In this document: piece after piece, positions 1 to 10,271 of the stretch
How positions within the stretch are numbered: position 1 is the stretch's first letter
Layout of the letters: every line of letters starts with the position of its first letter
Assembly: GCA_963817385.1 (NCBI GenBank)
Contig: CAWFOM010000002.1
Location: 64,001-128,000, forward strand
DNA from: an uncultured delta proteobacterium
GTDB taxonomy: Bacteria > Desulfobacterota > Syntrophia > Syntrophales > UBA5619
Length of the DNA stretch: 64,000 nucleotides
Direction: 5' to 3'
Program-made: the position numbers and the translations under genes
The notes under the pieces: generated by a model
Seen by the model: the letters and a program-made list of their open reading frames with translations, nothing else
What the model was told of the DNA's origin: nothing
Databases searched by the model: none

Positions 1-101
1 GATTCACCGTGGGTGATCCTGAAGTTAATCCCCCGGAGCGCCTCGGTTCCGTCCGGATAGCGAAAGGATACGTCCTTGAATTCCACGATGTGATGGCTCA
101 T
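1..101 (-). CDS. nikO: ECF transporter ATPase (NikO/CbiO-type); only the N-terminus is in the window
   Basis: Manual translation MSHHIVEFKDVSFRYPDGTEALRGINFRITHGES is a typical CbiO/EcfA start. The ATG overlaps the TGA of the T-component gene (ATGA). Confidence 0.8.
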   Translation of the reverse strand, partial: MSHHIVEFKDVSFRYPDGTEALRGINFRITHGE

Positions 102-907
102 CCGATCAGCTCCTGCGCGAGGCGGCCGATCCCCTCGGTGATGCGGAAAAAACGGAACGCCCCGAGAAACGCGATCGTCATCGCCATGAACGCCAGATCG
201 GCTGCCGCCAAATGGGACCGCTTGAGGCTTGGGATGTCCCCCTGAAACCCCCGGGAGAGCATGGCGTAGTAGATCCGTTCCGCACGATCCACCGTCCGGA
301 GAAAGAGAATCCCGATAAGACGCACGAACACCTTCATGCCGGCGCCGCGCTTCCCGAACGACCGCATGTCCCGCGCGCGGATGATCCGCATCACCTCTTC
401 CATGAGGACGAAGAGATACCGATACAGAAACAGGAGCTGCGACACAAAAAGGGCCGGGAACCTCAGCTGTCTGAGGGCATGGCAGACGCCGGGAAACGAC
501 GTCGTCGCGATGAGCAGAAGCGTCGCGCTGACCGTGAGAACAAATTTCAAAAGGATCGAAAAAAATGAGAGGATTCCTGCCGATAGGGGGATACCCGCGA
601 TCACTCCGATGATACGGGTGTCCAGAAACGGGTTGAAGATCCCAATCAAGAGCGCGAAAGGCGATACGAGCAGCACCTTCCTCAGAATGAATCCCGCAGG
701 AACCTCGCCGACGGTCATCAGCAGCACCGGGAAGAGAAAGAAGGGGACCAGCGCCGCGACCTCATAATTGGGAAAGGAAATGACGGTGATAAGAAACAGC
801 ATCGTGGCGATCACCTTTGCCCGCGGGTCGAGACGATGCACGCAGGTATCCCCGTAGGAGAGCCGATCCAGCCGGCCGATATCAAAATATTTCTCGTCAA
901 AAGTCAT
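98..907 (-). CDS. nikQ: ECF transporter transmembrane T component (NikQ/CbiQ)
   Basis: HRLDPRAK, LYRYLFVL and RAERIYYAMLSRGF motifs. Likely start MTFDEKY at 907. Confidence 0.9.
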   Translation of the reverse strand: MTFDEKYFDIGRLDRLSYGDTCVHRLDPRAKVIATMLFLITVISFPNYEVAALVPFFLFPVLLMTVGEVPAGFILRKVLLVSPFALLIGIFNPFLDTRIIGVIAGIPLSAGILSFFSILLKFVLTVSATLLLIATTSFPGVCHALRQLRFPALFVSQLLFLYRYLFVLMEEVMRIIRARDMRSFGKRGAGMKVFVRLIGILFLRTVDRAERIYYAMLSRGFQGDIPSLKRSHLAAADLAFMAMTIAFLGAFRFFRITEGIGRLAQELIG

Positions 908-1003
908 CGAATCATTCCGGTATCCGGGGTACAGCATCTTGCCGCACCCCAACCGCCGGCGTGAAGGTATCCGAATCCTCCCGCCGGAGCGCTGATACCC
1001 TGG

Positions 1004-2045
1004 TTATATTTGTTTTCCACGGAAGGTCCGGATCCCCACGCCGATGAGGACGATCATCCCCAGGACAATGGCCGCGCCGATAAGGCCGGCTGCGGAGGTT
1101 CCCGCGTCGATCCCCGGCCAGGCTGGGGGTGTTTCTTCCTTTTTTGGTTCGGTTCCCGCCGGTCTGAAATTGTAACCGGGAAGGAATGCCGTCTTGTCCT
1201 GAATCCCCTTGAGGAGAACGGCAATCCCGTGCTCCGCCTCGGGCAGTTCCCCCTTGCCGGTGACCTTTTCAATTGACCACTCTAGGCCATCCGGATGGGT
1301 CGAGGCGAACCAGGAGAGCGCCCCGCCGGTGATGACGGCCAGAACCATGAACGTAATCATGAGATTCTTCAGCGAAACGCCTCGGCCAATGGGTTGTGAT
1401 GCAGCGATGCTCTCGAGGATCTCGGGCCTGTTGCTCCTCACATAATTGATGACGCCCGCCGTGACAAACCCCTCGATACAACCGATGGCCAGATGGATAG
1501 GCTGCATCAGAAGGACAAAAGCGCCGAAGGGCAATTCGCTTTTGCCGGACAGGAGCGTCTCCAAGACGACTGAAAAGGCGCCGAGCTGCAGGGTCGCAAC
1601 AACGCTCACGATGGAGGCACCGAGGATGCGTCCTGGAGTTTTACTCCGCTTGGTCAACGGCTTATAGATGAAGGGGTAGACGAGATAGCAGGGATAGATG
1701 CCGAGGTTCCAGATGTTGCAACCGAGCGCCAGCAGTCCGCCGTCGGCAAAGAAGAGCGCCTGGACCGTCAGGACCGAGGCCATGACGAGAAAGGCCGCAT
1801 GGGGGCCCAGGAGGACGGCGAGGATCATCCCGCCGCCCAGATGTCCGCTCGACCCCGTCCCCGGGATCGCAAAATTGATCATCTGCGCCGCAAAGATGAA
1901 GGCGCCCAAGACCCCCATCAGGGGGATCAGTCCGGTCGTCGATCTGTCGCTTGAGCCTCTTCGAGGCATAGCCGGTTACCGCCGCCGTTCCGGCCCACAT
2001 TGTCGCCCCCACGGCGGGGGAAAGCAAGGCATCCGCCATGTGCAT
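1004..2045 (-). CDS. nikM: ECF nickel S component NikMN (CbiM domain plus PDGLE domain), one frameshift near 1931
   Basis: Metal-binding N-terminus MHMAD in ORF 1662..2045 continues in ORF 1004..1969 (LIPLMGVLGAFIFAAQMINF, SGHLGGG, FFADGG, PDGLEW). Confidence 0.88.
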
Positions 2046-2056
2046 GGTTCTTCCTC

Positions 2057-2083
2057 ATGTTATGAATAGACGATTCGTAACAC
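2057..2083. promoter_or_regulatory. NikR operator upstream of nikM
   Basis: ATGTTAT-N13-GTAACAC (extended inverted repeat TGTTATGAAT...ATTCGTAACA), matching the deltaproteobacterial NikR motif GTGTTAC-N13-GTAACAC. Confidence 0.8.
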
Positions 2084-2106
2084 GCTGGGATAAAAAAATA
2101 ATACCG

Positions 2107-2523
2107 CTACTCGATCTCCCGCCCCGTGCTCGACATGCTCAGGGTCGTATGACGCACCCCCTTGATGGACCGAAGCGCGTCGGCCAGTTTCTGGACCTCC
2201 GCCGCCTTCCCCCGGGCGGCGACGATCTCCAGGCAGTTGTGGTGATCGAGGTGGATGTGCTGGGTGGAGATGATGGCCGACTGAAAATCGTGCTGCGTGT
2301 CCATCACCCGGATCAACACATCCCGCTTGTGATGGTCGTAGATAAGGGTAATCGTCCCGGCCACATCACGCCCCTCCTGCCACTCCTTCTGGACAAGCTC
2401 CCGGCGGATCAGGTCCCTGAGGGCCTCCGAGCGGTTGGTGTACTGCCGCTCCCGGATCAGGAGATCGAACCTGTCCAGAAGCGATTTTTCCAGCGAAACC
2501 CCGAAACGAACCAGTTCGGACAT
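2107..2523 (-). CDS. nikR: Nickel-responsive transcriptional regulator NikR
   Basis: RHH N-terminus RFGVSL...NRSEALRDLIR, and Ni site QH...HIHLDHHNCLE. Confidence 0.97.
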   Translation of the reverse strand: MSELVRFGVSLEKSLLDRFDLLIRERQYTNRSEALRDLIRRELVQKEWQEGRDVAGTITLIYDHHKRDVLIRVMDTQHDFQSAIISTQHIHLDHHNCLEIVAARGKAAEVQKLADALRSIKGVRHTTLSMSSTGREIE

Positions 2524-2535
2524 CTTTAGACCGCC

Positions 2536-2580
2536 GTATTACGTTTTGCGGTTTTGTAGCACATCGGCAAAATCTGTCAA
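2536..2580 (-). promoter_or_regulatory. nikR sigma70-type promoter overlapped by a second NikR operator
   Basis: Operator GTATTAC-N13-GTAGCAC at 2536-2562. Minus strand TTGACA (2580-2575) followed by TGcTACAAA, which lies inside the operator. Confidence 0.7.
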
Positions 2581-2600
2581 GGAGTTTTTTCGACGTCGCG

Positions 2601-3794
2601 TTAATTCCGCTTCATGAGGTGCTGCACCGCCTTCTCCAGGCCGTCGAGGGTGAGCTCGAACATCGGGAAGATCTTCCCGATGGCGTCGATGGTCCAGGTG
2701 TAGCCCCAGCTCGATTCCGCCTGGGGGTTCAGCCAGACGGCATGCCGGAAGGTCCGGGCGAGGAATTTCAGGCGATCCTCGCTGCTGCGGCTTTCCTGCT
2801 GGCCGACGTAGATGGCGCCGTTCGTCCCCATCAGCTCGTAGGGGGCCATCGCCGCATCCCCCACGATGATGAGCCGGGTGTCCGGGTCCCGGCGCGCGAA
2901 CTCCTCGATCGCCTCGGGCTTCAGGTGGCGCTGGGGATCCGACCAGACGCGGCCGTAGAGGGTATTGTGAAAATAGTAGATCCGGAGGTCCTTGAACTGC
3001 GAGCGGGCGTAGTTGAAGAGCGTCTGGACGATCTCGATGTAGGGGTCCATCGACCAGCCGCCGTTGTCGATCATGAGCACGACCTTGAGGCGGTCCGCGA
3101 GTCTCCGGTCGAAGACGATCGAGATCTCCCCGCCGCTCCGCATCGTTTCGGTGATCGTTTTGTCGACGTTGACGACGTCCCGCGGGCCGTGGGGGATCAT
3201 CCGCCGGAGCCTCTTGAGCGCCTCCCCCATCTGGAGCTCCGTCAGTGGACCCTCCTGGCTGTAGTCCTTATAGCGCCGCTCCATCGCCACCTTCACCGCG
3301 GACTTGTTCCGGGAGGCGCCGCCCACGCGCATCCCGCCGGGATGGTGCCCCGAATGGCCGACGGGGGAGGTCCCCCCCGTCCCGATCCAGCGGTTCCCGC
3401 CGTGATGCGCCTCCGTCTGATCCTTGAGCCTCTCGAGGAAGTACCGGATCAGCTCCTCCGGCGTGTATTTCGCGAGTTCCTTTTCGTCGAGCCCGAGCGC
3501 CTCCGCCAGCTCCTGCGGATGCTTCAGCCACTCATCGAGAAGCGCCCTGGCGATGTCGGAGAGCTCGACATCCTCCATGGCCTCGATCGCCGCCCCCTTG
3601 AAATAGTGGGCAAAGACCTGGTCGTAGGTGTCGAAGTAGCGCTCACTTTTCACGAGGATGGAACGGGCCGCCGTGTAGAAGTCGTCGACGGAGGCGATGA
3701 CGCCCAGGGCGAGGGCCTTCTGCAGGCGGAGGAACGACGTGGGGGTGACGGGAACCCCCCGCTCCCGGAGCATATAGAAGAACTGGACAAACAC
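2601..3794 (-). CDS. VWA-domain (CoxE-like) protein
   Basis: GGNRWIGTGGTSPVGH, MIDAS-like MIDNGGWSM, YYFHN and IVGDAAMAPYEL. Lies directly after a MoxR ATPase. Confidence 0.85.
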   Translation of the reverse strand: MFVQFFYMLRERGVPVTPTSFLRLQKALALGVIASVDDFYTAARSILVKSERYFDTYDQVFAHYFKGAAIEAMEDVELSDIARALLDEWLKHPQELAEALGLDEKELAKYTPEELIRYFLERLKDQTEAHHGGNRWIGTGGTSPVGHSGHHPGGMRVGGASRNKSAVKVAMERRYKDYSQEGPLTELQMGEALKRLRRMIPHGPRDVVNVDKTITETMRSGGEISIVFDRRLADRLKVVLMIDNGGWSMDPYIEIVQTLFNYARSQFKDLRIYYFHNTLYGRVWSDPQRHLKPEAIEEFARRDPDTRLIIVGDAAMAPYELMGTNGAIYVGQQESRSSEDRLKFLARTFRHAVWLNPQAESSWGYTWTIDAIGKIFPMFELTLDGLEKAVQHLMKRN

Positions 3795-3849
3795 CGCTGG
3801 ATGCCCTCCTGAAAAGTCGGCAAAGTTTCCGATTGGACCGGCCCGCCCG

Positions 3850-4701
3850 CTACTTGCGGGTGCGTCCCGCCTGCTGGAGCGCGAGGCTGATGTCGAGGCT
3901 CTTCTTGAAGAGGACCCCGAGATAGGGGAGCTCGCCGTTCTCGAGCGACTTCACGTCGAAATCGGGATCGCATCGAAGGGCGCGCACCCAGTTGATCAGC
4001 TCCCGGGTGGCCGGCTTCTTCTCGATCCCTCGAAACTCGCGGAGGCGGTAGAAGGCGGCAAGGGAAGCCCGGGCCAGCGCCTCCGGGAGATCCGGGAAAT
4101 GGACGTTCAGGATCATCCGCATCATCTCCGGATCGGGGAAGGCGATATGGTGGAAGTTGCAGCGGCCGAGGAAGGGGTCGGAGAGGTCCTTCTTCGCGTT
4201 GGAGGTGATGATGATCACGGGGCGAATCTTTGCCGTGACGGTCTTGTCGATCTCGATGATGTCGAACTGCATCTGGTCGAGGACGTCGAGCATGTCGTCC
4301 TGGAAGTCCGTGTCGGCCTTGTCGATCTCGTCGATCAACAGCACCGTCCGGCAGTCGGCAACGAAGGCCTGGCCGATCTTCCCCATCCGGATGTACTCCT
4401 CGATGTTGCTCACGTCCCGCTTGGAATCCCCGAAGCGGCTGTCGTTCAAGCGGGTGAGGGTGTCGTACTGGTAGAGGGCGTCCAGGAGCTTCATGCTGGA
4501 TTTGACGTTCAGCACGATGAGCGGCATCGAGAGGCTCTCGGCGATCGCATAGGCGAGCATCGTCTTCCCCGTGCCCGGTTCCCCCTTGAGGAGAAGCGGC
4601 ATCTCGAGCGCCATGGAGACATTGACGATCTTGGCCAGCTCGTCGTCGAGGACGTATTGAGCGGCACCGCGGAATTGACAGGGTTCATCCACCATTTTCA
4701 T
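3850..4701 (-). CDS. MoxR-family AAA+ ATPase (CoxD-like)
   Basis: Walker A GEPGTGKT, Walker B LLIDEIDKAD, IITSN, KKPATRELINW. Confidence 0.92.
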   Translation of the reverse strand: MKMVDEPCQFRGAAQYVLDDELAKIVNVSMALEMPLLLKGEPGTGKTMLAYAIAESLSMPLIVLNVKSSMKLLDALYQYDTLTRLNDSRFGDSKRDVSNIEEYIRMGKIGQAFVADCRTVLLIDEIDKADTDFQDDMLDVLDQMQFDIIEIDKTVTAKIRPVIIITSNAKKDLSDPFLGRCNFHHIAFPDPEMMRMILNVHFPDLPEALARASLAAFYRLREFRGIEKKPATRELINWVRALRCDPDFDVKSLENGELPYLGVLFKKSLDISLALQQAGRTRK

Positions 4702-5000
4702 TCACACCTCCCATACCTGCCTTATTTCTTACCGAATCCCGCGGAACATTTCCACTGCTTTTTGTGCACGGTCCCCGGCACTCCCGAGGAATCCTATCCG
4801 CCCCTTTTTCACCCTATATCCCCTCAAAGAGTTTTGTGGTATGTAATTTCCGGGAATCGAATGCGGGGCTTCGGGAGGGACGCATTGGAGATTTTTCGGA
4901 CACCATGCCGCCCTGAGCGGAGCGAAGGGCGCACGGTCGAAAAATGTCCAGCGCCCCGGCGAAGGCCCGGATGAAGATTCCAAGCAAGAAAGAGGCTCCC

Positions 5001-6035
5001 GTGATCCATCAGCCCGAAGACCGCGAAATCTGCGAGGCGCTCCTCCGTTCGGCATGGGAACGGCAAGACCGCGCAAAGCCCCTTCCCGATCTCGTCATCG
5101 AGACGGCAAGCCGGTTCCTCGGCGCCCCCTACGAACCGGACACGCTGGAGGGGGAGGGCCCGGAGGAACTCGTCGTCAACCTGCGCGCCTTCGACTGCGT
5201 GACGTTCGTGGAAAACGCCATCGTCCTGGCCGGCCTGATCAGGGCAGGCAAGATCGACTTCGCCGACTATCTCGCGGCCCTGGAGAGGATCCGTTACCGC
5301 CGCGGCCGCTGCGACGGCTACCCATCCCGCCTCCATTACTTCACCGACTGGCTTTACGACAACGGGCGCAAGGGCCTCATCCGGGACATCACCCGCGAAA
5401 TCGGCGGCGTCCCCTTCCGGAAGGCGATCCACTCCCTCACCGACCGCCGCGAGGACCACCCCGGACTCAAAGATCCCGAGGCCTTCCGCCGGCTGCGGTT
5501 GATCGAGGGGATCTGCTCACGGCGCACCCACTCTTACATCCCGAAGGCCGATTTCGCCGGGAGAGAAAAACGGATTGCCGGCGGCGACATCATCGCGATT
5601 ACGACGGATGAAACGGGGATCGACGTGGCCCATGCGGGGCTCGCCGTCCGCCTTGGGAACGAGATCCGCCTGCTGCATGCATCGAGCGCGGAGGGGCAGG
5701 TCGTTCTCGCGGAAGTCCCCCTCAGGAGTTATCTCACGGCACGACGCTCCCGGACGGGGATCATCGTCGGCCGGGCAATTTTGCCGGATGCTACCGAACG
5801 CCACTGGGCCCTCCAGCCTCCCCGCCAAGATAGTAGGAGCGAAAAACGAAAGGAATCCGGCCTCGCCTCCGGACGGACACGGGGGCCGGGACCGCCGCTT
5901 CTCACATCTCACCCAAATGGCCCCTTCCGGTCGTTACTCAATCAAAGGGCTGCAAGGAGGGCCTCGATGGCCGCATCGTCGTATGCCACCTCCCGGAAGA
6001 TCCCCCGGATGAGTTCCGTATCCAGGGCGCGGTAG
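5001..6035 (+). CDS. DUF1460 / AmiA-like N-acetylmuramoyl-L-alanine amidase (NlpC/P60 superfamily); 3' end uncertain
   Basis: FLGAPY, FDCVTFVE, RLHYFTDW, GDII, DVAHAG and LLHASS motifs. GTG start after GAGG. The domain ends near 5790 and the tail overlaps the convergent gene. Confidence 0.8.
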   Translation: MIHQPEDREICEALLRSAWERQDRAKPLPDLVIETASRFLGAPYEPDTLEGEGPEELVVNLRAFDCVTFVENAIVLAGLIRAGKIDFADYLAALERIRYRRGRCDGYPSRLHYFTDWLYDNGRKGLIRDITREIGGVPFRKAIHSLTDRREDHPGLKDPEAFRRLRLIEGICSRRTHSYIPKADFAGREKRIAGGDIIAITTDETGIDVAHAGLAVRLGNEIRLLHASSAEGQVVLAEVPLRSYLTARRSRTGIIVGRAILPDATERHWALQPPRQDSRSEKRKESGLASGRTRGPGPPLLTSHPNGPFRSLLNQRAARRASMAASSYATSRKIPRMSSVSRAR

Positions 6036-7444
6036 TCCTCCTCCCGGGGGGTGACGATGAGCCCGCCCATATCCACCGCCCCGGGACTGACGAGGATTTT
6101 CTCCTCCCCTTCACGGAAATACGCGTCGGGGCGGTGCTTCCGCCGGGGAATGATCATCAGGCGCCAGCATCTCGCCGGTATGGGTGCACAACACGTTCAT
6201 CAGTCGGCTCGTCGCCGGAGGGCGCCGAACGGCCGAGCGCCGCGATCACCTCGCCGAGCGCAACGGCGACACCTTCGGCACCCTCCCCTTCGATCACGAT
6301 GATGCCCCGGCCCAGTCCGAGCAGTCCGCCAGAGAACAGCCCCGTCGCGCTCTCCGACCCTCGCCCGGTTCCCGGGGGCCAGGATCTCCTTTTCCACCGG
6401 CAGGAAACCGACGGGCGCCGCCTGGAAATGGAGGTGATCGGGCGCCGATGCGCCCGAGCGCGGGCCATTATAGAAAACGGTCATGCCGGGGCCGAAATCC
6501 GCCGCGAGCCGGAGGAATGTCTCCCGATTCTCCGAAAGCGATTGGGGAAGTGGCGGCAGGTGGGCAATGGTCAAGTGCCCCGGAACAATCGGGGCGGGAT
6601 TGCACAGGATGAGATATGCGTCCCGGTAGAGGATCGCCCGCTGCTCCGGGGGGAGATGTTCGGGGCAGAGGAAACAGGGGCGCCGCCGGACGAATTCGGG
6701 ATCGACCCGGGCGCCGCTGCTGGCGATCCGCCGCGGATTGAACTGAACCTTGACCCGCCAGCTTCCGCCGTTGATCTCATGCGTCCGGACAGCCTCCAGG
6801 GAGGCATAGCCCTCGGCCAGGCCCGGCCACGCCCTCTTCTGCCCGTCGAGGAGCCCGGCCGCCATCCCGGCGAGAGGGCGCGGATCGCCGTCTCCCGGAT
6901 AAACAGCGGAGATCCTCCGCTGCACGGCTTCGTCCCGAAGGGGGTTCGCGATCTCCTTGACGCCGATCAGATGAGGGACGGTAGTCCGCCCCATCCGAAA
7001 CGGCTCCTCCCGGACGAAGCGAAATCCCCGTCTTTCGTAGAAGCCGCGGGCCGCCTCGTTTTGAACCATCACCCCGACCCAGAGCTCCATCAGGCCGCAG
7101 GCCAGGACCTTCTCCTGGGCCGCCCGCAGAAGATTCCCGCCGATCCCCTTTCCCTGAAAGGAGGGCAGGAGGTAGAGGGAGGCGAGGTAGAGGCGGTTTT
7201 CATTTTTGTGAAACTGCGTCCTCGCGAAACCCGCCGCCTCACCGTCCGCCTCGCCGATGAAACCGTCGATATGCGGACTGTCGTAGAGGCGCTCAAGGGA
7301 GTCGATCCGGTAGGTCGCCTCGAAGTACGTCCGCAGGTCCTCCCCGGGGATGAAGGAGCGGTAAGCGCCCATCCAGGATTCCCAGAGGATCCGCCGCACC
7401 GTCGGGAAATCCTCTTTCCGCCATGGCCGGATCAGGATCTCCAT
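5942..7444 (-). CDS. GNAT acetyltransferase fused to a DUF4922 (HIT/GalT-like HxHxQ) domain; frameshifts at about 6160-6340
   Basis: N-terminal GNAT (LYLLPSFQGKGIGG, NEAARGFYERRGF), then VQFNPRRI, RPCFLC, HLTI and YNGPRSGASAPDHLHFQ. The C-terminus IIPRRKHRP...LVSPGAVDMGG is in ORF 5942..6157. Confidence 0.8.
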
Positions 7445-8922
7445 GCCCTCACCCCGTTCATCTTCCGGCGCGCCCGGATCTCCAGCGTCCTGAGCCGGTC
7501 CTTGTAGCGGTCATGGCTGTTCGTCTGCTCGATGGAAAGGGAGGCATCGGTATTCCCCTCCCACCGGCGGCAGAAGTAGAGGCTGTCGTAGATCCGGCCG
7601 ATCCGATACTCCCGGGAGAGACGCAGCGCGACCGCGTAATCCTCGCCGTAGCCGACATTCGGAAACCCGATCCGGCGCAGGAGCGCCGTATCGAAGGCCC
7701 GGGGCGCACCCAGGCCGTTGACCCTGAGGGCGTTGTTGCGCCCGTTGGCATCGGTCCATTCCCGGTGATCAATGAGCCCCGGCGGGATCTCCTCCAATTC
7801 TTCGTTGACGAGGGTGTAGGCGCCGACGGCCATCGCACAGTCGCCCCGGCGGAGGAGATCGACCAGCCGCTGCAGGACCTCCTCTCCGCGATAGAGGTCG
7901 TCCGAATCGAGCTGGACGGCATACCGGCCGCAGTCATCGGAAAAGATCGCTTCGTTCCAGCAGCCGCCGATCGTCAGATCGCCCCTCTCGGGGACACGGT
8001 GTTTCAGGGCGGGATGGCGGCAGGCAAGCTCGGCGAGCCGCCGCGTGGTGCCGTCGCCGGAATGGTTGTCCACGACGATCACATTGAAGGGGAAATCGGT
8101 CCTCTGCGCCAGGGCGCTTTTCACGGCATCGGCTACGGTCCGGACCCGGTTTCGGACGGGGATGACGACGCTCGCCTCCACCGGAAAGCGATCGACAGAG
8201 CGGGGAACGTCACTGAAATGGGGCCCAAGCCACGCGCCGATCCGTTTGAGATGCGCCGTCGCCGCGGCCTCCATCTCCTCCTGGAAGGGCCGGTTGCCGG
8301 GATCGCAATAGGCGAAGTGCGCCCTGCCGGTCTTGACCGCCTCCCCGGCGCACGGCGGGGCCGCATGGACGACGGAAAGCCGCTCCGGAAGGTGGAAGAG
8401 ATCGTGATCGGCGGAGATTTTGAGACGAAGATCGTACCATCCCGCCCGGAGAAAGGCCGGAATCTCCCCGTATTTCCTGAGTGCCTTGCGCGCCGCGGCC
8501 GTCGAGAGAAGGATGACAGGACCGAAATCGAAGCCGTCGCGGAGACTCCCCGCCTGGTAGTCGTTGACGGGATGCTCCCGGAGGATCTCCCCGCGGATCT
8601 CGGCATAGTCCGCATAGACCATCCCCGCCCCGGCCGCCTCCGCCGCCGCGATCAGCCGTTCCGGCGCGCGGAGATCGAGATGGAGCCCGGCAGTATCGGG
8701 GATGAGGAGGAGGTACCGGGTGGCGGCGCCGGCCAGGAGGGTGTTCCACGTCGCGCCGGAGACCGGAGAATCGACGGCAATCGGCTCGCACCGGGGCGGA
8801 CAGCGCTCCGGCGCTCCGGCGTGAAGGAGAACCGCCTTCCGGATAAGGGGATTCCGGAGGAGTTCCTCCCAAAACCGTTCAACCCCGGGATGGTGGCTTT
8901 GGGGAAATACTGCGGTGATCAT
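7432..8922 (-). CDS. Glycosyltransferase family 2 protein (type found with DUF4922)
   Basis: SVVIPVRNR, VVDNHSGDGT, QLDSDD and YGEDY. N-terminal degenerate GT-A domain with GSLRDGFDFG. Confidence 0.88.
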   Translation of the reverse strand: MITAVFPQSHHPGVERFWEELLRNPLIRKAVLLHAGAPERCPPRCEPIAVDSPVSGATWNTLLAGAATRYLLLIPDTAGLHLDLRAPERLIAAAEAAGAGMVYADYAEIRGEILREHPVNDYQAGSLRDGFDFGPVILLSTAAARKALRKYGEIPAFLRAGWYDLRLKISADHDLFHLPERLSVVHAAPPCAGEAVKTGRAHFAYCDPGNRPFQEEMEAAATAHLKRIGAWLGPHFSDVPRSVDRFPVEASVVIPVRNRVRTVADAVKSALAQRTDFPFNVIVVDNHSGDGTTRRLAELACRHPALKHRVPERGDLTIGGCWNEAIFSDDCGRYAVQLDSDDLYRGEEVLQRLVDLLRRGDCAMAVGAYTLVNEELEEIPPGLIDHREWTDANGRNNALRVNGLGAPRAFDTALLRRIGFPNVGYGEDYAVALRLSREYRIGRIYDSLYFCRRWEGNTDASLSIEQTNSHDRYKDRLRTLEIRARRKMNGVRAWRS

Positions 8923-9267
8923 CCGGTTCCACTCCGCTCCGAGAACCCGCCGGCCGGCGGGGCCTGCCGTTTAGATTCGGGACGGCGCCCCCTGTCGCTA
9001 AATCGCCCCGGGCGTCTTTCGCCGGTTCATCCGCCCGGGCGAAGGGTCATCCCCTCAGGCGTCCTGCGGCAGGGATCCTCACTCGCCCGAGGCGGGCGCC
9101 GAGCGCATCCCGGATCACCTGACGGGAGCAATCATAATACGTCCCGGCCGGCATGTAAAGGGTCAGCCGGGCACTCTCTCCGTTTATTCCACTTGAAGAG
9201 CCTCCCCGATCATGTTAGTGAAGACCCTCTGAACCAGAACTTTCCCACGGCAGAAGGCCGTCCGGTA

Positions 9268-10128
9268 ATGGTGGTTATGCTGCACAGGATCATCACTCTG
9301 ATAGTAGGGGCCGCCATCATCCTCACCGCCGCGGTGTTCGACCCGAAATCGACCGCGGACCCCGCCGCCTCCCCCGCGGACCGCGGGAAGGAAGACCTGA
9401 GCCGCTATGAATATCCCAGCCTCGCCCGCATCAAATGGAAGGCGCACTTCGTACGGCCGCAGGACAGCCTGGAGCGGCTCTTCGGAAAGGATTGGGTTTT
9501 CGTTGCCCGCTTCAACCGGATCGACCGCCGCCATGTCTATCCCGGCATGACGATCAAGGTCCCGGAAAAGATGGAGGATATCCGGAACTACACCCCGCTG
9601 CCCGTCGACTATGAACCGGCGCGGAACCACGCGAAATACATCCTCCTGAGCGTCACGGAGCAGTGGCTCGGGGCGTACGAATACGGCAGGCTCGCCTTCT
9701 CCATGCCGGCAGCGACCGGAATCGAGGGACATCTCGCGCCCACCGGGATCTTCCGGGCGGAGGCGTACCACCGGAGGCATACCTCATCGCTCTACAAGAC
9801 GGCCACGGGGGACTCCCAGTACCCGATGGATTACGCCATCCGCTTCCTGATCGACAAGGAGCAGGTCTCCTACTGGATCCACGCGCGGGACCTCCCCGGC
9901 CGTCCGGCATCCCACGGCTGCATCGGCGTCTTCGACGAGGCGATGCAGCATCGGGTCTACGGCGTGCCCGACAAGCCGGTGCTCGAGGATGCAAAGAAGC
10001 TCTACGCCTGGACGATCGGCGAGGAATCCTATATCGCAGATAACGGAACCCAGCAGCTCATCGCCAATGGCCCGATCATCGAGATCGTCGGCGATCTGCC
10101 ACGGTACCTGGCGCAGTCCCCACGATAA
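9268..10128 (+). CDS. L,D-transpeptidase (YkuD) with N-terminal anchor and LysM-like segment
   Basis: 3' part of ORF 7423..10128: hydrophobic N-terminus, VRPQDSL...FNRID...VYPGMTIKVP, catalytic WIHARDLPGRPASHGCI. Confidence 0.88.
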   Translation: MVVMLHRIITLIVGAAIILTAAVFDPKSTADPAASPADRGKEDLSRYEYPSLARIKWKAHFVRPQDSLERLFGKDWVFVARFNRIDRRHVYPGMTIKVPEKMEDIRNYTPLPVDYEPARNHAKYILLSVTEQWLGAYEYGRLAFSMPAATGIEGHLAPTGIFRAEAYHRRHTSSLYKTATGDSQYPMDYAIRFLIDKEQVSYWIHARDLPGRPASHGCIGVFDEAMQHRVYGVPDKPVLEDAKKLYAWTIGEESYIADNGTQQLIANGPIIEIVGDLPRYLAQSPR

Positions 10129-10271
10129 ACCCGCAATCCGCGGGGCAGCCGATTGAAGCACGCTGCGGAGAATCTTCGACTCCTCTCCCCCTCCCGCTGG
10201 ACTTCTCGCTGCAAACCGTGCTAACAGCACAATCGTACGGTAACAAACGCCCACGGTAACCGAGGGACACC

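Noticed and set aside
7423..9267. 615-aa N-terminal extension of the L,D-transpeptidase ORF
   Set aside because: It is the antisense shadow of the GT2 gene plus intergenic DNA. GC-rich codon bias keeps the frame open.
8923..9267. Structured ncRNA in the GC-rich intergenic region
   Set aside because: Only short GC stems expected by chance, with no recognisable family features.
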